A stretch of DNA of 64,000 nucleotides from Isurus oxyrinchus. Lineage: Eukaryota. Under the pieces are notes generated by a model. That model saw nothing but the letters and a program-made list of their open reading frames with translations, did no database searches and was not told the origin of the DNA. Positions 1 to 13,330 of the stretch are shown piece by piece. Position numbers and translations under genes: made by a program. The stretch spans positions 6,138,001-6,202,000 of the forward strand of contig JANJGN010000034.1 in NCBI GenBank assembly GCA_026770705.1, in the 5' to 3' direction. Position 1 is the first letter of the stretch, and each line of letters starts with the position of its first letter.

Positions 1-812
1 TAAAGCAATGACAGATTTGTTGTGTATGGGGAGTAGAAATGTCAATCATTGTTTTTGTGCAAAGCTCGGTCAGAAGCTTGGCAATTGACTTTATGGATTT
101 TTCATTGTTCAGAATGATTAACGTAGATCATCTCTTGGATAAAAAATGGCCTGCGTTGGAGCACCAGTTGCTGGCATTCAATAAACTGACTTATGTAGGG
201 TCACGTGTGTATTCAGTTGCACTGACTACAATGGAATTACGTACTTGCGCTGGGTATATAATCTTCCCTCTCTACGAAATCGCACATTTTGCGTGGCTAC
301 CACAAATTGAAATTCATCGTGCAGAGCCTGGTTAATGTGAATGGTTGATGTATATGATATGGAATCAGCACTCGCCGTCACATTTTGCCAGTTTCAATTG
401 TTGTTGGCTTTAAGATAAAAAAAAAGACCTTGATCCTTTTCATGGAAAGGTTGATCAAAAGAACGATTATGTAATCTTAGGAATGTGGCTTCATTTACGT
501 TATCTCCTTGCTTCATGTTGTTCTTTTCCCGCCGATAGCGCCACTGCAAAGTGAAGAGGAAAACTTCACCATTCATTCTTGTTTGCGCAAAAAGAAAGGT
601 AGCAGGTTGCCAGCTAGCAGCGAATAAATGGCTGTTGTAAACTTTCCATGAGCTGTTCCACACATTTTCAGTGTGTTCCACGTGCACAAGGAGATTTACG
701 TTTGCTCTGCACTGTCGGCCAACTGCAGAACAGTTTGATTTTCAGTGAAATCTTTTCTGCGGTAGGTCAAGCATTCGTTCATTTTGTTATTTATTCTTGA
801 TTTGTTTCACAG

Positions 813-827
813 AGAAATTAAAAAAAG
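813..827 (+). CDS. 15-nt microexon, (E)KLKK
   Basis: tttgtttcacAG|agaaattaaaaaaag|GTaagt; good pyrimidine tract, consensus donor. Confidence 0.75.
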
Positions 828-929
828 GTAAGTGGAAATATGCTCGAGCAACTGAACGCGTAAATGGGTGAAAAGAAACATGAGAAAAGATGGATTCGCA
901 GTGATTACACATTCCAATTTAAAGTAACT

Positions 930-1200
930 TTTAAATTGTCATTGTTATATGTTAATCCCTCTATGGCCTCGATCTTCCATATTGCCTTGAGAATCCTCTG
1001 GCCTTACAATTGGCTGCAAGTTTTGTGTTCCCACCACGCTGGCCTCTTTCTGATCGCGCTGTTCCTTCACCTTACCAATGGCGACTTTCGGCTTCTGCAA
1101 TATGTCCCAAAACTCTGAATTATGTTTGCTAAATCTTGCACCTCATACTCTACTTCGTCCTTTAATATTCATATATTTGCTCTGTGGTTTCCAAAGTCCA
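930..1200 (+). mobile_element. L2-type LINE 3' fragment
   Basis: ccctctatggcctcgatcttcc...cttaccaatggcgactttcggcttc...aactctgaatt resembles the recalled fish/shark L2 3' end. Confidence 0.55.
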
Positions 1201-1249
1201 TTCCTCGTCCTCACCCCGGATTCTGGCCAACAATTAAAGTTTTGTTCAA

Positions 1250-2275
1250 AACATGGTGAAATGCAGTGTGGTTCGTAACGCCCTGTGGCACTTCTGTTAT
1301 TGGGACGGCCTGCTAGGAACCTTAGAAATACTCAGTGGACGATGCGCTGGCTTACATGTCCTCAGAACAAACAGGGAAATACATGGCATCTGCAGCAACA
1401 CAATGGCTCTTCTGGCCAACAAAACTGCAATTGAACCAAACCTCCAAACGTTTTAGTTTCCTGCCATTGGACCGAGGTGTCGTTCTCTAAAGACAGGCGT
1501 GGAAGGTGGTGTGAAACGGTGTCTGCATCCTAACATTTTGCCCACACGGGCATCTTTCTTTCTGAGTACATCTACCATGACATCAGGTGTCCAGCGAATG
1601 ATGGAGGGCACATTGTTGTGTTGTATCAAAACGATCACTTGACGTATGCTTGCACTGCATTTGGTCAATTGAGAAAGCGAGCATTTGAAATTCGCAACAC
1701 CAAAACTGACAGGAAACTCATGATCTGTTATTTGGGCCTGATTCCCACCTTACTCTGCAAGGCCGAATCTTCAAGATTTAAAAGGTGCAGGAGGCACCTA
1801 AGGCACTTGGTTCATACAATTAAAAGTGGCTGCAAAATAAATTGCATATAAGTGGGAGGGCAGAGATGCGGACAATGTCAGCTCTCATTTATCAAACTCC
1901 CAAAATAGTTATTGTTCTCCAAGAGGACAGACGCACCAGAGGAGGGCGGAGGACGATCTTAAGGGATGAGCTGAAAAGCAACATGAAGAAAATGAATTAT
2001 TCACATGGGCATCTCGGTGAACACCGTTTATAGATTAAGCCAAACGGCACCAGGCACTATAGGAAGGACCCTAGCACTTTGAAAATGAACAACTAAAATA
2101 TGATTCGGAAAAGCAGGAGGGTTCAAAGAAAAACAGCGTGACTCGAATTATTGATGCACGAACTGGCACCCAACAGGGCATTGGTGCATGAAGTCTGCAG
2201 GTCCAGCATCTGCCTCATCAGCCATCTCATGCTCATGGAAGATAATCGTCCTGGCTAGCGAGGCATAGCCAGTAA
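1250..2275 (+). mobile_element. Degenerate RTE-clade LINE (C-terminal ORF region)
   Basis: Translations AFGQLRKRAFE..KLMICY..IPTLL and RRTRGGRR..RDELKSNMKK, plus a 3' VCRS.I.LISHL-like motif, match RTE ORF C-termini. Confidence 0.7.
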
Positions 2276-2699
2276 TAACATTATCTGACATCAATTAATC
2301 ACATGTCCCAATGTGGCCACATGTTGCATCACCTCCAGGTTTGTGAAACTGTTTGCCTGAAAACAATTTTAGTCTTTTCCTGGAGTAAGTCACTATATCC
2401 AACATAATTGCTTTTTCCTAACAACAGTCTACTTTCAATCTCTACCAGCAAAGTCCCACTGACAGAGCTGAGGAATCAGTTGGTCGCAGGATACTACTTG
2501 CAGGTTCTTAAGTTCAGTTAACCATTTGGGAGAAAACCATGTTTCCCGAAGAGAAATTAAACATTTGTAACATAACCAAAGAATATAGGTTGTCACAGAT
2601 CGGTTACAGCACAGAAAGAGGCCATCGGGATCTTCGCAACAGAAGCGGATCTCTGGGTGATTATCTCGGATTTTCCCATGCTCCAGACCTTCAAGTGCA

Positions 2700-3460
2700 A
2701 TGCATGCAACTTGCTTACTATTGAAAGAATTACCCAGCCTCGTATTAAAAGCCACGTTTGTCCCTTTGCCGAGCTCATTCTTAGACATTGCATTTAAGAA
2801 CATAATCATGTGCTGCTCATTTATTTTTCCCAATGTCCCCTTGGTTCCCTTTCACTGGACGTTAACTCAATGACTTCCGGTTCTAGACCATTCAGGATGG
2901 GAAGAGTCTAAGTCTGCCTAACATGTCGAGGCCCTGTCGTGAATTTGAGAAGCCCCATCAAATCTCCTTTCAATCATTAGTTTATTTGTGCACAACCGCT
3001 CTAAAGTCTCCACTTTTCCTCCTAGAAGAAACAATCATCTCTGGAAATATTCCCATGGATACAGTCTCTACCCTCTCTAACGTCTCCACTAGTCCCTTAA
3101 CTATGATTTCCAAAATTTGATACAATTCCCGAGTTGAAATCGAACTAGTGGTTAAGCAGCTTTACCATAACTTCCATTCTTTGGCTGCCTATTCATGTCT
3201 TTATAAAGCCGAATATTTCAACTGCCAAAGTGATGGCGCTTTCAATCAGCCCTGCATCTTGCAACCATTTGTCCTCTTTTACTTCCAAAGCCACATCAGA
3301 AGCTTCAATCCCATTTGGAATGCTATCACAAGTTGTGCATTACCTCCTCCTACCAAAATGAATTACTTCGTGCATCTCTCTATTAATTTTACCTGCAATA
3401 GTTCCTTCAATTCCACCAGTCCATCTGCGTCCGTTTTATGTATTTAACCATCATCCTTGC
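2700..3460 (-). mobile_element. CR1 LINE 3' fragment
   Basis: Reverse-strand CR1 RT C-terminus and 3' UTR-like sequence. Confidence 0.6.
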
Positions 3461-3618
3461 AATTCATAGCCCTGTAAAACCTGAAAACTGATAATCTGAA
3501 AGTTTTGCCCTGGACACTCATGTTTATGTCCTTGATGCATACCACGTAGATTGGAAGTGGGAAACGGCATCGTTTTTGTTGACAATTCAGTTTAGAAAAT
3601 CCATGTTATGAATTACAG

Positions 3619-3654
3619 AGCTAAGCGAGTGTCAACAAGCTAGAAAAGACCTAG
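3619..3654 (+). CDS. 36-nt microexon, (E)LSECQQARKDL
   Basis: aattacAG|agctaagcgagtgtcaacaagctagaaaagacctag|GTgagc; shares the [ED]LxxC motif with four other 36-nt exons. Confidence 0.8.
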
Positions 3655-4077
3655 GTGAGCAAAACATTCCTGGTGTCGCTTTCGATAACACGCCTTATTA
3701 TTTTGGACCATTAAGCAAATGCATTTTTATTCTTTAAAATGTGAAGTCATCAATTCAGGCACCCATTATTTGGCGATAGGCCCTCATTCGCTTCTGTTGA
3801 TTTCAATAAAATCAAATGCTGGGCAGGAAGCAAAATAGGCCGACCATCCGATAGTGGGCAGGATGAATTTCTGATGCTCCATGCGACATTATTATTGGCA
3901 CTTTTTGTCGAAACACTTGCTCTATCCTGCACACTAACGGAATGATGAATATTGTTAACTTTATCGATTTGGTACCACGTTCACAAAGTGTTGTAAGCAA
4001 TAACGAAACTCCCCCCTCGTGAAAAATATTCTTTAATCTTATAACTTTTGGTTTGTTTATCATGTAATCCCGAACAG

Positions 4078-4104
4078 AAGAAAAACTCAACGCAAAAGAA
4101 AAAG
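4078..4104 (+). CDS. 27-nt microexon, (E)EKLNAKEK
   Basis: gaacAG|aagaaaaactcaacgcaaaagaaaaag|GTaact; close paralogue of 33627-33653. Confidence 0.85.
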
Positions 4105-5042
4105 GTAACTGATCTGACATATTTTTCTTCAAAAAACCAGACATTGACAATGGCTGATAGCTTCCTTACATGAATTGTTTTGCTTTCTCATGAATGTTTT
4201 AAGTTTTTTTTTACGAAGCAGATTGCTAGAATGTAGCCTAAGGGTTAGCAGCAGAGGAATCCTATATAAGGGTTCCATGTTTTCGAGTATGAGGGCACAT
4301 TTTCGGATGCTGTGTCACACAAAGTTGGAAGGCAATAACTAACATGTGAAATAATTAACAGAATAAGCAAATCACTTAATGCTCCTTAAACAATGTCATG
4401 GCAACAACGATGTTCTCGCTAGCACAGAGAATTTGGAAATAAAACATTTGCAGTGGTTAAGAATGACATGTTTGCTGATAGAGTTTATGAAGGAGTTCTT
4501 CTGACGCCGTTGCGGTGTCACAACTTTCGGCCAGAAGTTCCGCCTTCAAGTCTCACTTCAGGACTTGCTCGCTGTTGAAGCTGTTTTCATAAGGTGGCTG
4601 ACTGCATTGGTTACCATCTTCTAAAGTGTTCCAATGTGCCTGGCAGCAGGTGCTAAGAATGGGAGAGATACTTGCCAGCCAGACATCCGGAAGCAACGTC
4701 ATTTGACTGTCGTGCTTTGCCAAGCATAATCGTGGCCACATCCAGTCGAAATCCATGATCACGAACACCCTCTGAATGCAAGTTACCTGAAAACTAGGAA
4801 ATAAATAACAGATGTAGTAAGTTGTTCTGGCGGAGGATAGGCTTAGGCATGGGACACTTGATTGGACGGACAGATATATTCCTCTAATTTGTGTGGGTTG
4901 GCGTACCCTCTCGAATTCCATAGACTTAAATATATTTTGTAAATGCAACTCACTGGCCATGAAAAAATACAGAGCGCCCTCTATAGTTGATCGGTGACGT
5001 GACTAACCATGGAGAAACACAGTGTATCTACTTAAATAAGGG

Positions 5043-5077
5043 AATTGAACAATTGTTAACGCGAAGAACTTGGCAAT
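5043..5077 (+). pseudogene. Possible decayed 36-nt-class exon, ELNNC*REELG
   Basis: ELxxC motif at the position where the module predicts a 36-nt exon, but GG instead of AG, an in-frame TAA and only 35 nt before GT. Confidence 0.25.
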
Positions 5078-5989
5078 GTCCAGCAGAAAAAAAAATCTGC
5101 AAAAGCTTTTGATTGCACTTTTGTGCAAGTTAATCTGAAAACAAAAGCCCAGTGCATGTTACTAATTGAATCTTACCACGCCGTTATATGATGGAATTAT
5201 ACGATGTCTTATTTTTTAAGCATGTATAATATTCAAGTAAAATATCCTAAAGCATGCCATGCAGCTATTGGACACCAGCTCGGGGAGATTCAATGTGATG
5301 TCTCTATATGTTATTGCACAATCTGTACTCAAGTAAGGTTCCCGATGCCAGCCTTGTGCTTATTGCTACTGCAATCCCAGCACTCTGCTCTTCGTTAAAA
5401 TGCAGTTTGAAATGGTGGCCCAAATTAGACCTCGCATTTTATGAATATGATGCAAGGATCAGCTGAGGGAAATATTCTGCCATTCCTTTTGTGTAGGTTA
5501 AGAAGGCACTTCAGGAGGATGTGAGCGGGTGTACATATGGGTAATATGAGATGCAATATGTTGAATTATGGAGCGCAAGGAAGGGCATGATCTACTTTGT
5601 CAAATACAAAAACTGTACTATAAAATCTGTATTGTAAGTCAGGAGGGTGGATGGGAGGTAGAGGGCGAAACGTGGTGCAATTTAAGCGATGGTGAAACTC
5701 TCACATCTCACCCTTTCAGAGATTCTAACGTGCCAAGTGTCTTTAAAGGATTCAGGTGGGAAATATATTTGGTATTTGTGTAAAATAGCCACTGCACAAA
5801 ATATTCCTACAATTCCTAGCCCACACGTAGAATACAGAAATGCCGATCAGCAATTTTAAATATACACATGTAGATTTTGCCTGCATCATATATTTGCCCT
5901 GCCAAAAAAGAAGGCAAACCTCCACCATGCCTTTAACTGCTATATGAAAGTGTTTTATCCCTCTCCATCTCTCTATCATTATCTCTCTC

Positions 5990-6400
5990 TCTCTCTCTCA
6001 TTATCTGCATTCCAGAAATCATTTCATAACCTTCCAAATGCTTGTTCTGCACATTAACGTGTGGCTCCCCACGAAACCCCTCCTCCCCACCCTATGATTT
6101 GTCTATGAATAACCTTAAATCAGTGTTTCTTTGTTGCTGGTCGTCCTGGACGCGGAATCCATTTTTCTTACTTAATCTCTTAAGAATGATGGTCTTATCA
6201 TAGTTGGCTTCATTATCATAGGGTCCATTAACTTTCTTGTCATGATCAGAAAAATCTCAGCTTCACCCTGCTTTCTATTTACCTGACGCCCCTGGTACTG
6301 TCAATTAAATCTTCCCTGTGCTCCCAACATGATTTGCGAATCATTGTAAAACGCAGTGCATCAAATTTGAATACAATATCCTAAAGTGGTGCATATTAAA
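5990..6400 (-). mobile_element. CR1 3' fragment beside a (CT)n run
   Basis: Reverse CR1 3' UTR-like sequence; (ct)n at about 5983-5999. Confidence 0.5.
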
Positions 6401-6774
6401 CCACAATCGTTGATAAGCTGCACTGAGAGATGACGTATTGGTTAGATACACATGTTCAGCAGTGAGTTCTCCGTCAATTATTGATCCCGACTAATGTGTG
6501 GTTCTGTTATCTGAGCTGGTCGTCTGGCTGGGCATGGAACGGACAGCCGTTGTGAGAGTGTCAGTTTTACACTACAGTCCAGGATCATTATTTGCCTCAA
6601 TATGTAGCATTAACTACATTATTGTGTGGTGTGCACAGTTCTACACGCAGCAGCATGCCTTGATATAGCAACAATTCAAAATTTCAATCCACTTGCAAAC
6701 TATTGCCTTATCCTATAAAACGTCTAATGTTTCAATGATTCTACAATCTTCCTGTTAACGTCATGCCTTGACAG

Positions 6775-6801
6775 AAACAAAGCTGAAAGGCAAAGAAAAA
6801 G
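6775..6801 (+). CDS. 27-nt microexon, (E)TKLKGKEK
   Basis: gccttgacAG|aaacaaagctgaaaggcaaagaaaaag|GTagcc. Confidence 0.8.
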
Positions 6802-8011
6802 GTAGCCAGTTTAAGAATTCACTGTTTTAAAAAGACAGGTATTAACGTCTTTGGAAAATATCCATCGACCGTCTGTTTCATGATTAACTTCTCTCAAATA
6901 GCATTTAGCATTATTAATCGGAAGATCGGTTGAATTTGGTAATGGGCTATATGTGGAGAAAAGCTTTCACCTTGAGGTCAAAGCCAAAATTGGGAGCGAG
7001 TAAGATAGGAGTGTATCATTAATAGAAACAAACACTCTGGAGGAAAGTATTCTTCCAGAAAACAATTAGAATGTGGCATTCGCTCCTGCACGATCGTTTG
7101 GTATACAGAATTTCACTGCATTTTTTTAAGGCCAAGGGCAGTAATCCACCGAGATCCCACGAAAGTTTTAAATGTCTTGTCACGTTTTAAATGTCTTGTC
7201 GTCCCCAAGAAAATTTTAGTTCAGCATTGTCAACGTAAGATTAATGTCTCCGGTGCATTGTCAAGTAAGTTTACCTAATGCTTGGAATCTGGTTTGAATG
7301 CTATTACCTGTCGATGCCTTCCCTTGAGCACATGTTTGGGTTTGGGTCCTGACCTCGGAAGGATACATGTTGATCTGTAAATATCGAGACTGTGTTCCCT
7401 CAGGTGATTTGCAGTCGTTTCAGGGGCCGTGTGTGATGACAATTTCCTGCGCATTCCCTGTCAGCCAAGGAGCTGAATGGAGTGCGAGCTTTAGGGAATG
7501 CTGTATAGCAACCATTGTACACTTCATGCACTAAATAACAAATCACACTGATCATTCTTAGCAGAATATTGAAGCGGAGTATCTCAGATCTGCATATAGA
7601 AGCTATTTTAAAAACATCGACATGCACAAAAGGATTTTGCCTAATTAAACAAAGTGCGACGAATGACACCGAAAACGTTCTAAGTTAACATGGATTTTAA
7701 GTTGTCCAGAAAAGAAAATTCACGGATGAAACCATGCCAGCGTCATTTCTGAAAAGCAGAAGTACGTCACCAATAAATTGCAGTTAGTGGAGGAGAGTCA
7801 AATATTTCCAGTTGCATTCGCCTATTCAAGCTCATTCTCTAACAGCACTGTAGGTTCCAGACATGATTGTTAAGAGGATTACCGGGCCATATTGATTGCT
7901 TTCTGGGAATGTCGGGATATAAAATGGAACTCTTCTGTACTCTTGACGAGGAAATGCAACTGATAACTATGACGATGCCATGATCCTTATAAACTTTTCT
8001 TTCTCTGTTAG

Positions 8012-8038
8012 AATTGAATGACGTTCAGCAGAAGTGCA
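8012..8038 (+). CDS. 27-nt microexon, (E)LNDVQQKC
   Basis: ttttctttctctgttAG|aattgaatgacgttcagcagaagtgca|GTgagt; strong sites; paralogue of 22682-22708. Confidence 0.85.
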
Positions 8039-8294
8039 GTGAGTATTCAGTGAGCCAGCACCCACCAAGGTGTGGATTTCCCGTTTGAATATAAAGCCCA
8101 TACTGCAGAAAGAACTTATTGCTTGATAAAAACGTTTGCCTTGGGTGTCAAAATGTAATCGAATGAAGGCATTAAAGCACATCCCCAAGGCATGGGACAA
8201 GATGTGCGAATATAAATTGTGGTGTTACCTTCTTCCGTAAAGGTGCAACAAACGTTTTGTCCTCGCAGCTTTTAACTGTGAATGAGTAGACAGA

Positions 8295-8660
8295 ACTTCC
8301 AAATTGTGGTCAGAAGGTTGCGTATTCAAGTCCAGAGTCAGAAGTTGAGCGCAGGCGCAGATGCTGACACGACAGTGCAGCTCTCAGGCAGCAATGTATT
8401 GCATGAAGTGCCGTGTAGCCGTTTAGTCCATAAAACGAGGCGAGGTCTTCCCTCGGACTTGGACGGAAATCACCCAATGCCACACTTGAAAGAAATCAAG
8501 GGAAGTTTTCAACCGAAGTCCTGGTGACTACTTACCTCTTAATTAAATCTCACATAACAAGGCTGTTTCTGTGGTCTTGGGGTGCCTTGTGAGTCGGGCG
8601 GAACATGTATCTACGCCGAAGCAGTTCAATCAGAGTGGTCATTATATCACCAGCTTTAGC
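8295..8660 (+). mobile_element. Deu-domain (SacSINE1-like) SINE, degenerate
   Basis: cagaaggttgcgtattcaagtcc...gctgacacgacagtgcag... resembles the recalled shark SINE. Confidence 0.55.
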
Positions 8661-9039
8661 TTGATTGATGGATCGGACAGACAATTGAAAGATGATGTCT
8701 AACGCAGAAAATTGCAATCACATCATTTTGGTGGGAAGTAATAGGCGAGGCACTGCATGAGAAAGCGTCAAAGTCTAAATGGGTGTCAGGGTATTTACCC
8801 CTGGTTGTCAATGCGCACAATTTGCTCAGAGTGACAAGGCAGTTTGAATGGCCGTTAAAAAAACAAAACTGCTCACAAAACTTAATAAGAGCGTTATATA
8901 GCACAAAGACATGTAGGTTTCAATAAACGTATAAAATATTGGGCGGGCCTCAACTAGAGATTTGTTTCCAATTCTGGACAGCGTTTTCCAGGAAACTGTG
9001 TAGGCATTATAGAGCATGCAAAAGTAAGTTTTAAAATTA

Positions 9040-9560
9040 ATTCCAGGGATGTGGAGCTGCCATTACTTGGGTAGATTGGATAGGTGTTCTTAACATTGTT
9101 GATCAGAATGTTAAGCAACTATCCAATTGAGGTGAACATAATCATTAGGATCGAGGAAAGCTTAAATACGGGAGAGTTGCTCTGTTGGCAGGAACAGTCG
9201 AAAATCAGTAGAGACCAAGTTAAGGTAATTGACATCATAAACAGATGTGTCATGAGAGAGACATGTTCTTTTCCAGCGAGTGGTAAGCATGTAGATTAAA
9301 CTGCTAATGGTGTCGTGGAGGAATGTTCTATAGATTTTTTCAACAGGGTATTAAATATTCATAACAAGAAGAGAGTTATTTCGGAGGAGTGATACTTGGA
9401 ACAGCGGAAGAGTGGGATGAGAAAAAAATTAATGGGGAGATCCGACAATGGCTCGGAAGGTCTTTCTATCTATATGTCTGGCTTCGTCTCTCCGTCTCTC
9501 ACCCTCTCTCCCTCGCTGTATGTTATACAGCTGATTAGATAGTAAATGAGACAGATAGAT

Positions 9561-9607
<47 letters not shown>

Positions 9608-10520
9608 TAGACAGACAGACACAATTATTTAACATTTCCTTATTTTACATTGCATGGATGTGCAGCAAACATGTCGATAGCATGCGACTGCAGCAAGACA
9701 TAAATAGTCGAGCAGCATCGCCATCAAGTGGCGGATTGAAAATTGTGCATGTAACTCTGCAGTGTTGCATGTTGGCAAAACCGATAGAGGAGCCTAAATA
9801 CCCTTATTGAAATGATTCATTAGTATGCAACAGAGGAGGAGCAGAAATGATTTTAAAGTTGTCTTGAAATATTATAAATGTAGCTAGCAAGTTATTCGGA
9901 TTATTGGGCTTATTATGTGGAGGCATTCTGCACAAAAGACTCTTTGGCTATGGCAGAGTGAACGTTGCTCCATCCGGCTATCAACATATATTCGGAAGGA
10001 GCAACTGAACATTGAGGGTTTTCGGAAGAGAAATGATAGAATGGTTCCAATGGAGAATTGAATGTAACGACCATGGAGGATTGGTGGACAAACGTTAGTT
10101 TTCCTTCGAGCATAGAAAGCAGAGAGGAGATCTATAAGTTAATGTCAAGTTTAGGTAAAGGAGAAAAAGAGATCCCGTTCTGATATGCTTAAGGTACAGG
10201 GATGAGGAGGACACAGTTTTCCGCATTGTGCAAGGGCGATTAGAAAGTGTTGCTCTGTCGGCTTTGCAAGCAAAACTTAAATGCCATGGACGAATGGAAC
10301 TATATATTAAAAAACATACAATGGAGGAGGAGGAGGACCTTTGTTAATTAGAGCCCATATTCTGTAACTCACCATCTAGCAAGTTGGTGAAATATTACTC
10401 ATTCAGTAATTTGAAAATGTATTTGAACTTGCGCATGGGCTTATTAACTCGACAGGCAGACAGTTATAGTGGGGAAAATCAGGAACGACTGCTTGGATCT
10501 GGAGAATGCTGCATGGGTTC
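9040..10520 (+). mobile_element. CR1 3' fragments (two pieces)
   Basis: CR1 RT C-terminus and 3' UTR-like motifs on both sides of the microsatellite. Confidence 0.5.
9553..9618 (+). repeat. Compound (GATA)n/(GAAA)n/(GACA)n microsatellite
   Basis: Seen directly. Confidence 0.95.
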
Positions 10521-10719
10521 CACCGGCTATGGGGCATCTGTCACTCTGGGCATGTGGCCCCAGACCCACAATGTGGCCGGTACTTGTCATCAGACATGGT
10601 CACTGAGTTGTATCAGAATTGCGGCAGAAAATTGGATAAGGCCGATACTAGACAGACAAATCAGGATTGAAATGGTCACCGTGTAAAATAGTGACAAATG
10701 GAAGCCTGTCCACCGTTTT

Positions 10720-13330
10720 AACATAGCTTTACTAACAACTGGGGGCTGGTGCCAACATTGGGAGAGATATCCAAAAGGCCAGTCAAACAACAGTCATATT
10801 TATAATCAGGGATTCACTGTCCTTGTCAAAGGCATAACAGGGCCAGTAGTGGAAAGGCCCAGCCGAGATGGCGGCGCTAGGGAGTGGATGGAGCTGCAAT
10901 GTGGAAACTTAACACCGACTTCGGACACCATGAAGACACATGACATCAAGCCGAACATGAGCAAAGAAACCTCCTGCTGATTACCACGTACCAAATTTCA
11001 CAACCACCCTTGCAGCAGATGAATCAGTACTCCCCCATGTTAAACGTCACTTGGAGAAGCATTGAGGGCGGCAATGATGGACAATTCACTTTAATCACCA
11101 ACACCAAAAATGGCTTTGTAGCACAGCTGTAGACCGGGAGAGACAAGTGCGAAGCGACATAGGTGCTAGGCATGGTCTCTGGCAGCTGGTGAGGGAGCAA
11201 ACAAGAGGGGGATCCATACTTAGCCTCATCATCAGGAACAGGCCTGCTGCAGGTGCGTGTGTCCATGACAGCATGGGTAGCACTGACCACAGCACAGTCG
11301 TCGTGGAGCCACTGGGGATACCATGCAATGTGTGGTGCTGCACTCACTCCGTGCCAAAGAGCATAAATTTGGAACAGATCAAGTACAACAAGCTGAGTTT
11401 GCCACGAGACTATGTGGTCCATCCGCATAAGCAGAACTGTACTCAATCACAAAGTTTAACCAAATGGCCCGGCATATCCTACAGTCTACAATTACCAGCC
11501 AGCCTGGGTATCCAGCCTTTTTGAATGAAGATTGCAAGGGGGCATTCCAGGAGCAGCACCAGGCATGCCTATAAACGAAGTGGCAACCGGGTGAAGCGAC
11601 ATCAGAGATCCACTTGAATGCCAGACATCATAAGCAGCACGTGATTTAAAGAGCTAAGCCATTGTACAAACAACGGAACATATCTGAGCTCTGCAGTGCG
11701 GTCAGGTCCAGTTGTTACTTCTGGTGGGCAATTACCTAATACAATGTCCAGTAATGACTCTATGCTTCTTCATGATAGAGTGCCAAACATTGGCGCAAAA
11801 CATAAGGCTTAAACATTTGCAATAAATGTCTAGCGGGTGACCCATGTTGTCCCCCTCCAGAGATTCCCGGAATTGCAGATGCCAGCCTTCAGCTTATTCG
11901 ATTCACTCCACGTGATATTATGAAATGGCTGAAGGAACTCGATGCTGCAACGTCTATGTGCACTGGCAATATTCTAGCAATAGTATTGAGGATGTGCTCA
12001 TGACCTTTTTTGCGGCCTTATCCAGGCTGTTCATGTACGTCTCCAACACTGGCATCTACCTGGCAATTTATTCACTTGCCTAGGTATGCCTTGTGCACAC
12101 AAAGCGGGGCAGATCCAAAGCAACCAATTTTCGTCCCATCAGTATACTACCAATCATCAGTGAAGTGAGGAAACTGTCAGGATATGCTATCACGAGGCAC
12201 TTGCTCAGCAATTAGCTGCTCATTTCTCGGGTTGGGTTCCGCTAGTGTCCCTTAGTTTCTGACCTCATCACAGAATTGGTTTCCATGTGCACAAAAGAGC
12301 TGATGTCCAGTCGTGACGTGAGATTGTTTGTCCTTGATATCAAGGTAGATTTTGGCCGATTATTCCAACAAGGAACCCTAGCAAAATTGGAGTCAATGGG
12401 CATAAGGGGGGAGAACTTTGCATTGGTGGAAGTCATACCTAGCAGGAAGCATGATTGTTGCTGTTGTTGGAGGTCAATGACCAAGAGTTAAAGGGCATCA
12501 CTGCAGGAGTTCCTGAGTGTAGTGCTCTAGGCTAAATCATTCTCAGATGCATTTTCAATAAACATCCTTCCATGATAAGTTCAGGATTTGTGGGTATTTG
12601 CTGATGACCAAACAAATTACAGAAGGTTTCACAACGCCTTAAATAATGAAGCAGTTAATTTCAACATGCAGCAAGAACAGTGCCAGGCAATGACCACCTT
12701 TATCAAGACATTATAAAACCACCACCTTATGAAAATCAATGGCAATGGCTACAAGAGCAGATCAGGGTCTGGGAACATTGCAAATTTTAATTCATCCCTG
12801 AGGCCCGAAAGGCTGTCAACAATCTACTAGTCTCAATTCATCTTTGTGATTGAATACTCCTCAGTTGCTTGGCTGCGTGTAGCTCCAACAACATTCAAAA
12901 CCTTGACAACACCCATGGCAAATCAGCCCACTTGATTGGCCTCCCATGCACACACATTCACTCTATCCACCGCTGATGGACAGTGGCATCAGTGAATAAT
13001 ACCTATAAAATGCACTTCAGGAGTTCATCAACGCTCCTTTGGCAGCACCTTCCAAACCAGTGTTTGCTGCAGTCTAGAAGCAGAAGGGCAGCAGGTATTT
13101 GGGAACAACACCACTTTAAAGTTATTCGATGAGCCAATCATCATCCTGACATGAAATATATTGTGATTCCTTCACTGTCGTAGGATCGAAATGCTGGAAA
13201 TCCCTCGCTAACAGCACCATGGAAGGACCTACTTCAGATGCAGTTGCCAATTCCTCCTCAAGAAAAATTAGGGATAGGCAGTAACTGATGTTCACATCAG
13301 TGACGCCTAGTTCACATAAATCAATTAAAG
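10720..13330 (+). mobile_element. Near-full ORF2 of a CR1/L2-group LINE, degenerate
   Basis: Endonuclease motif SMGSTDHSTV; RT motif VLDIKVDFGRLFQQGTLAKLESMGIRG (LDIKAAFDRVWH-like); multiple stops and frameshifts. Confidence 0.8.

Noticed and set aside
7404-7430. 27-nt AG/GT interval reading GDLQSFQGP
   Set aside because: Weak donor, no similarity to the exon family and an atypical start
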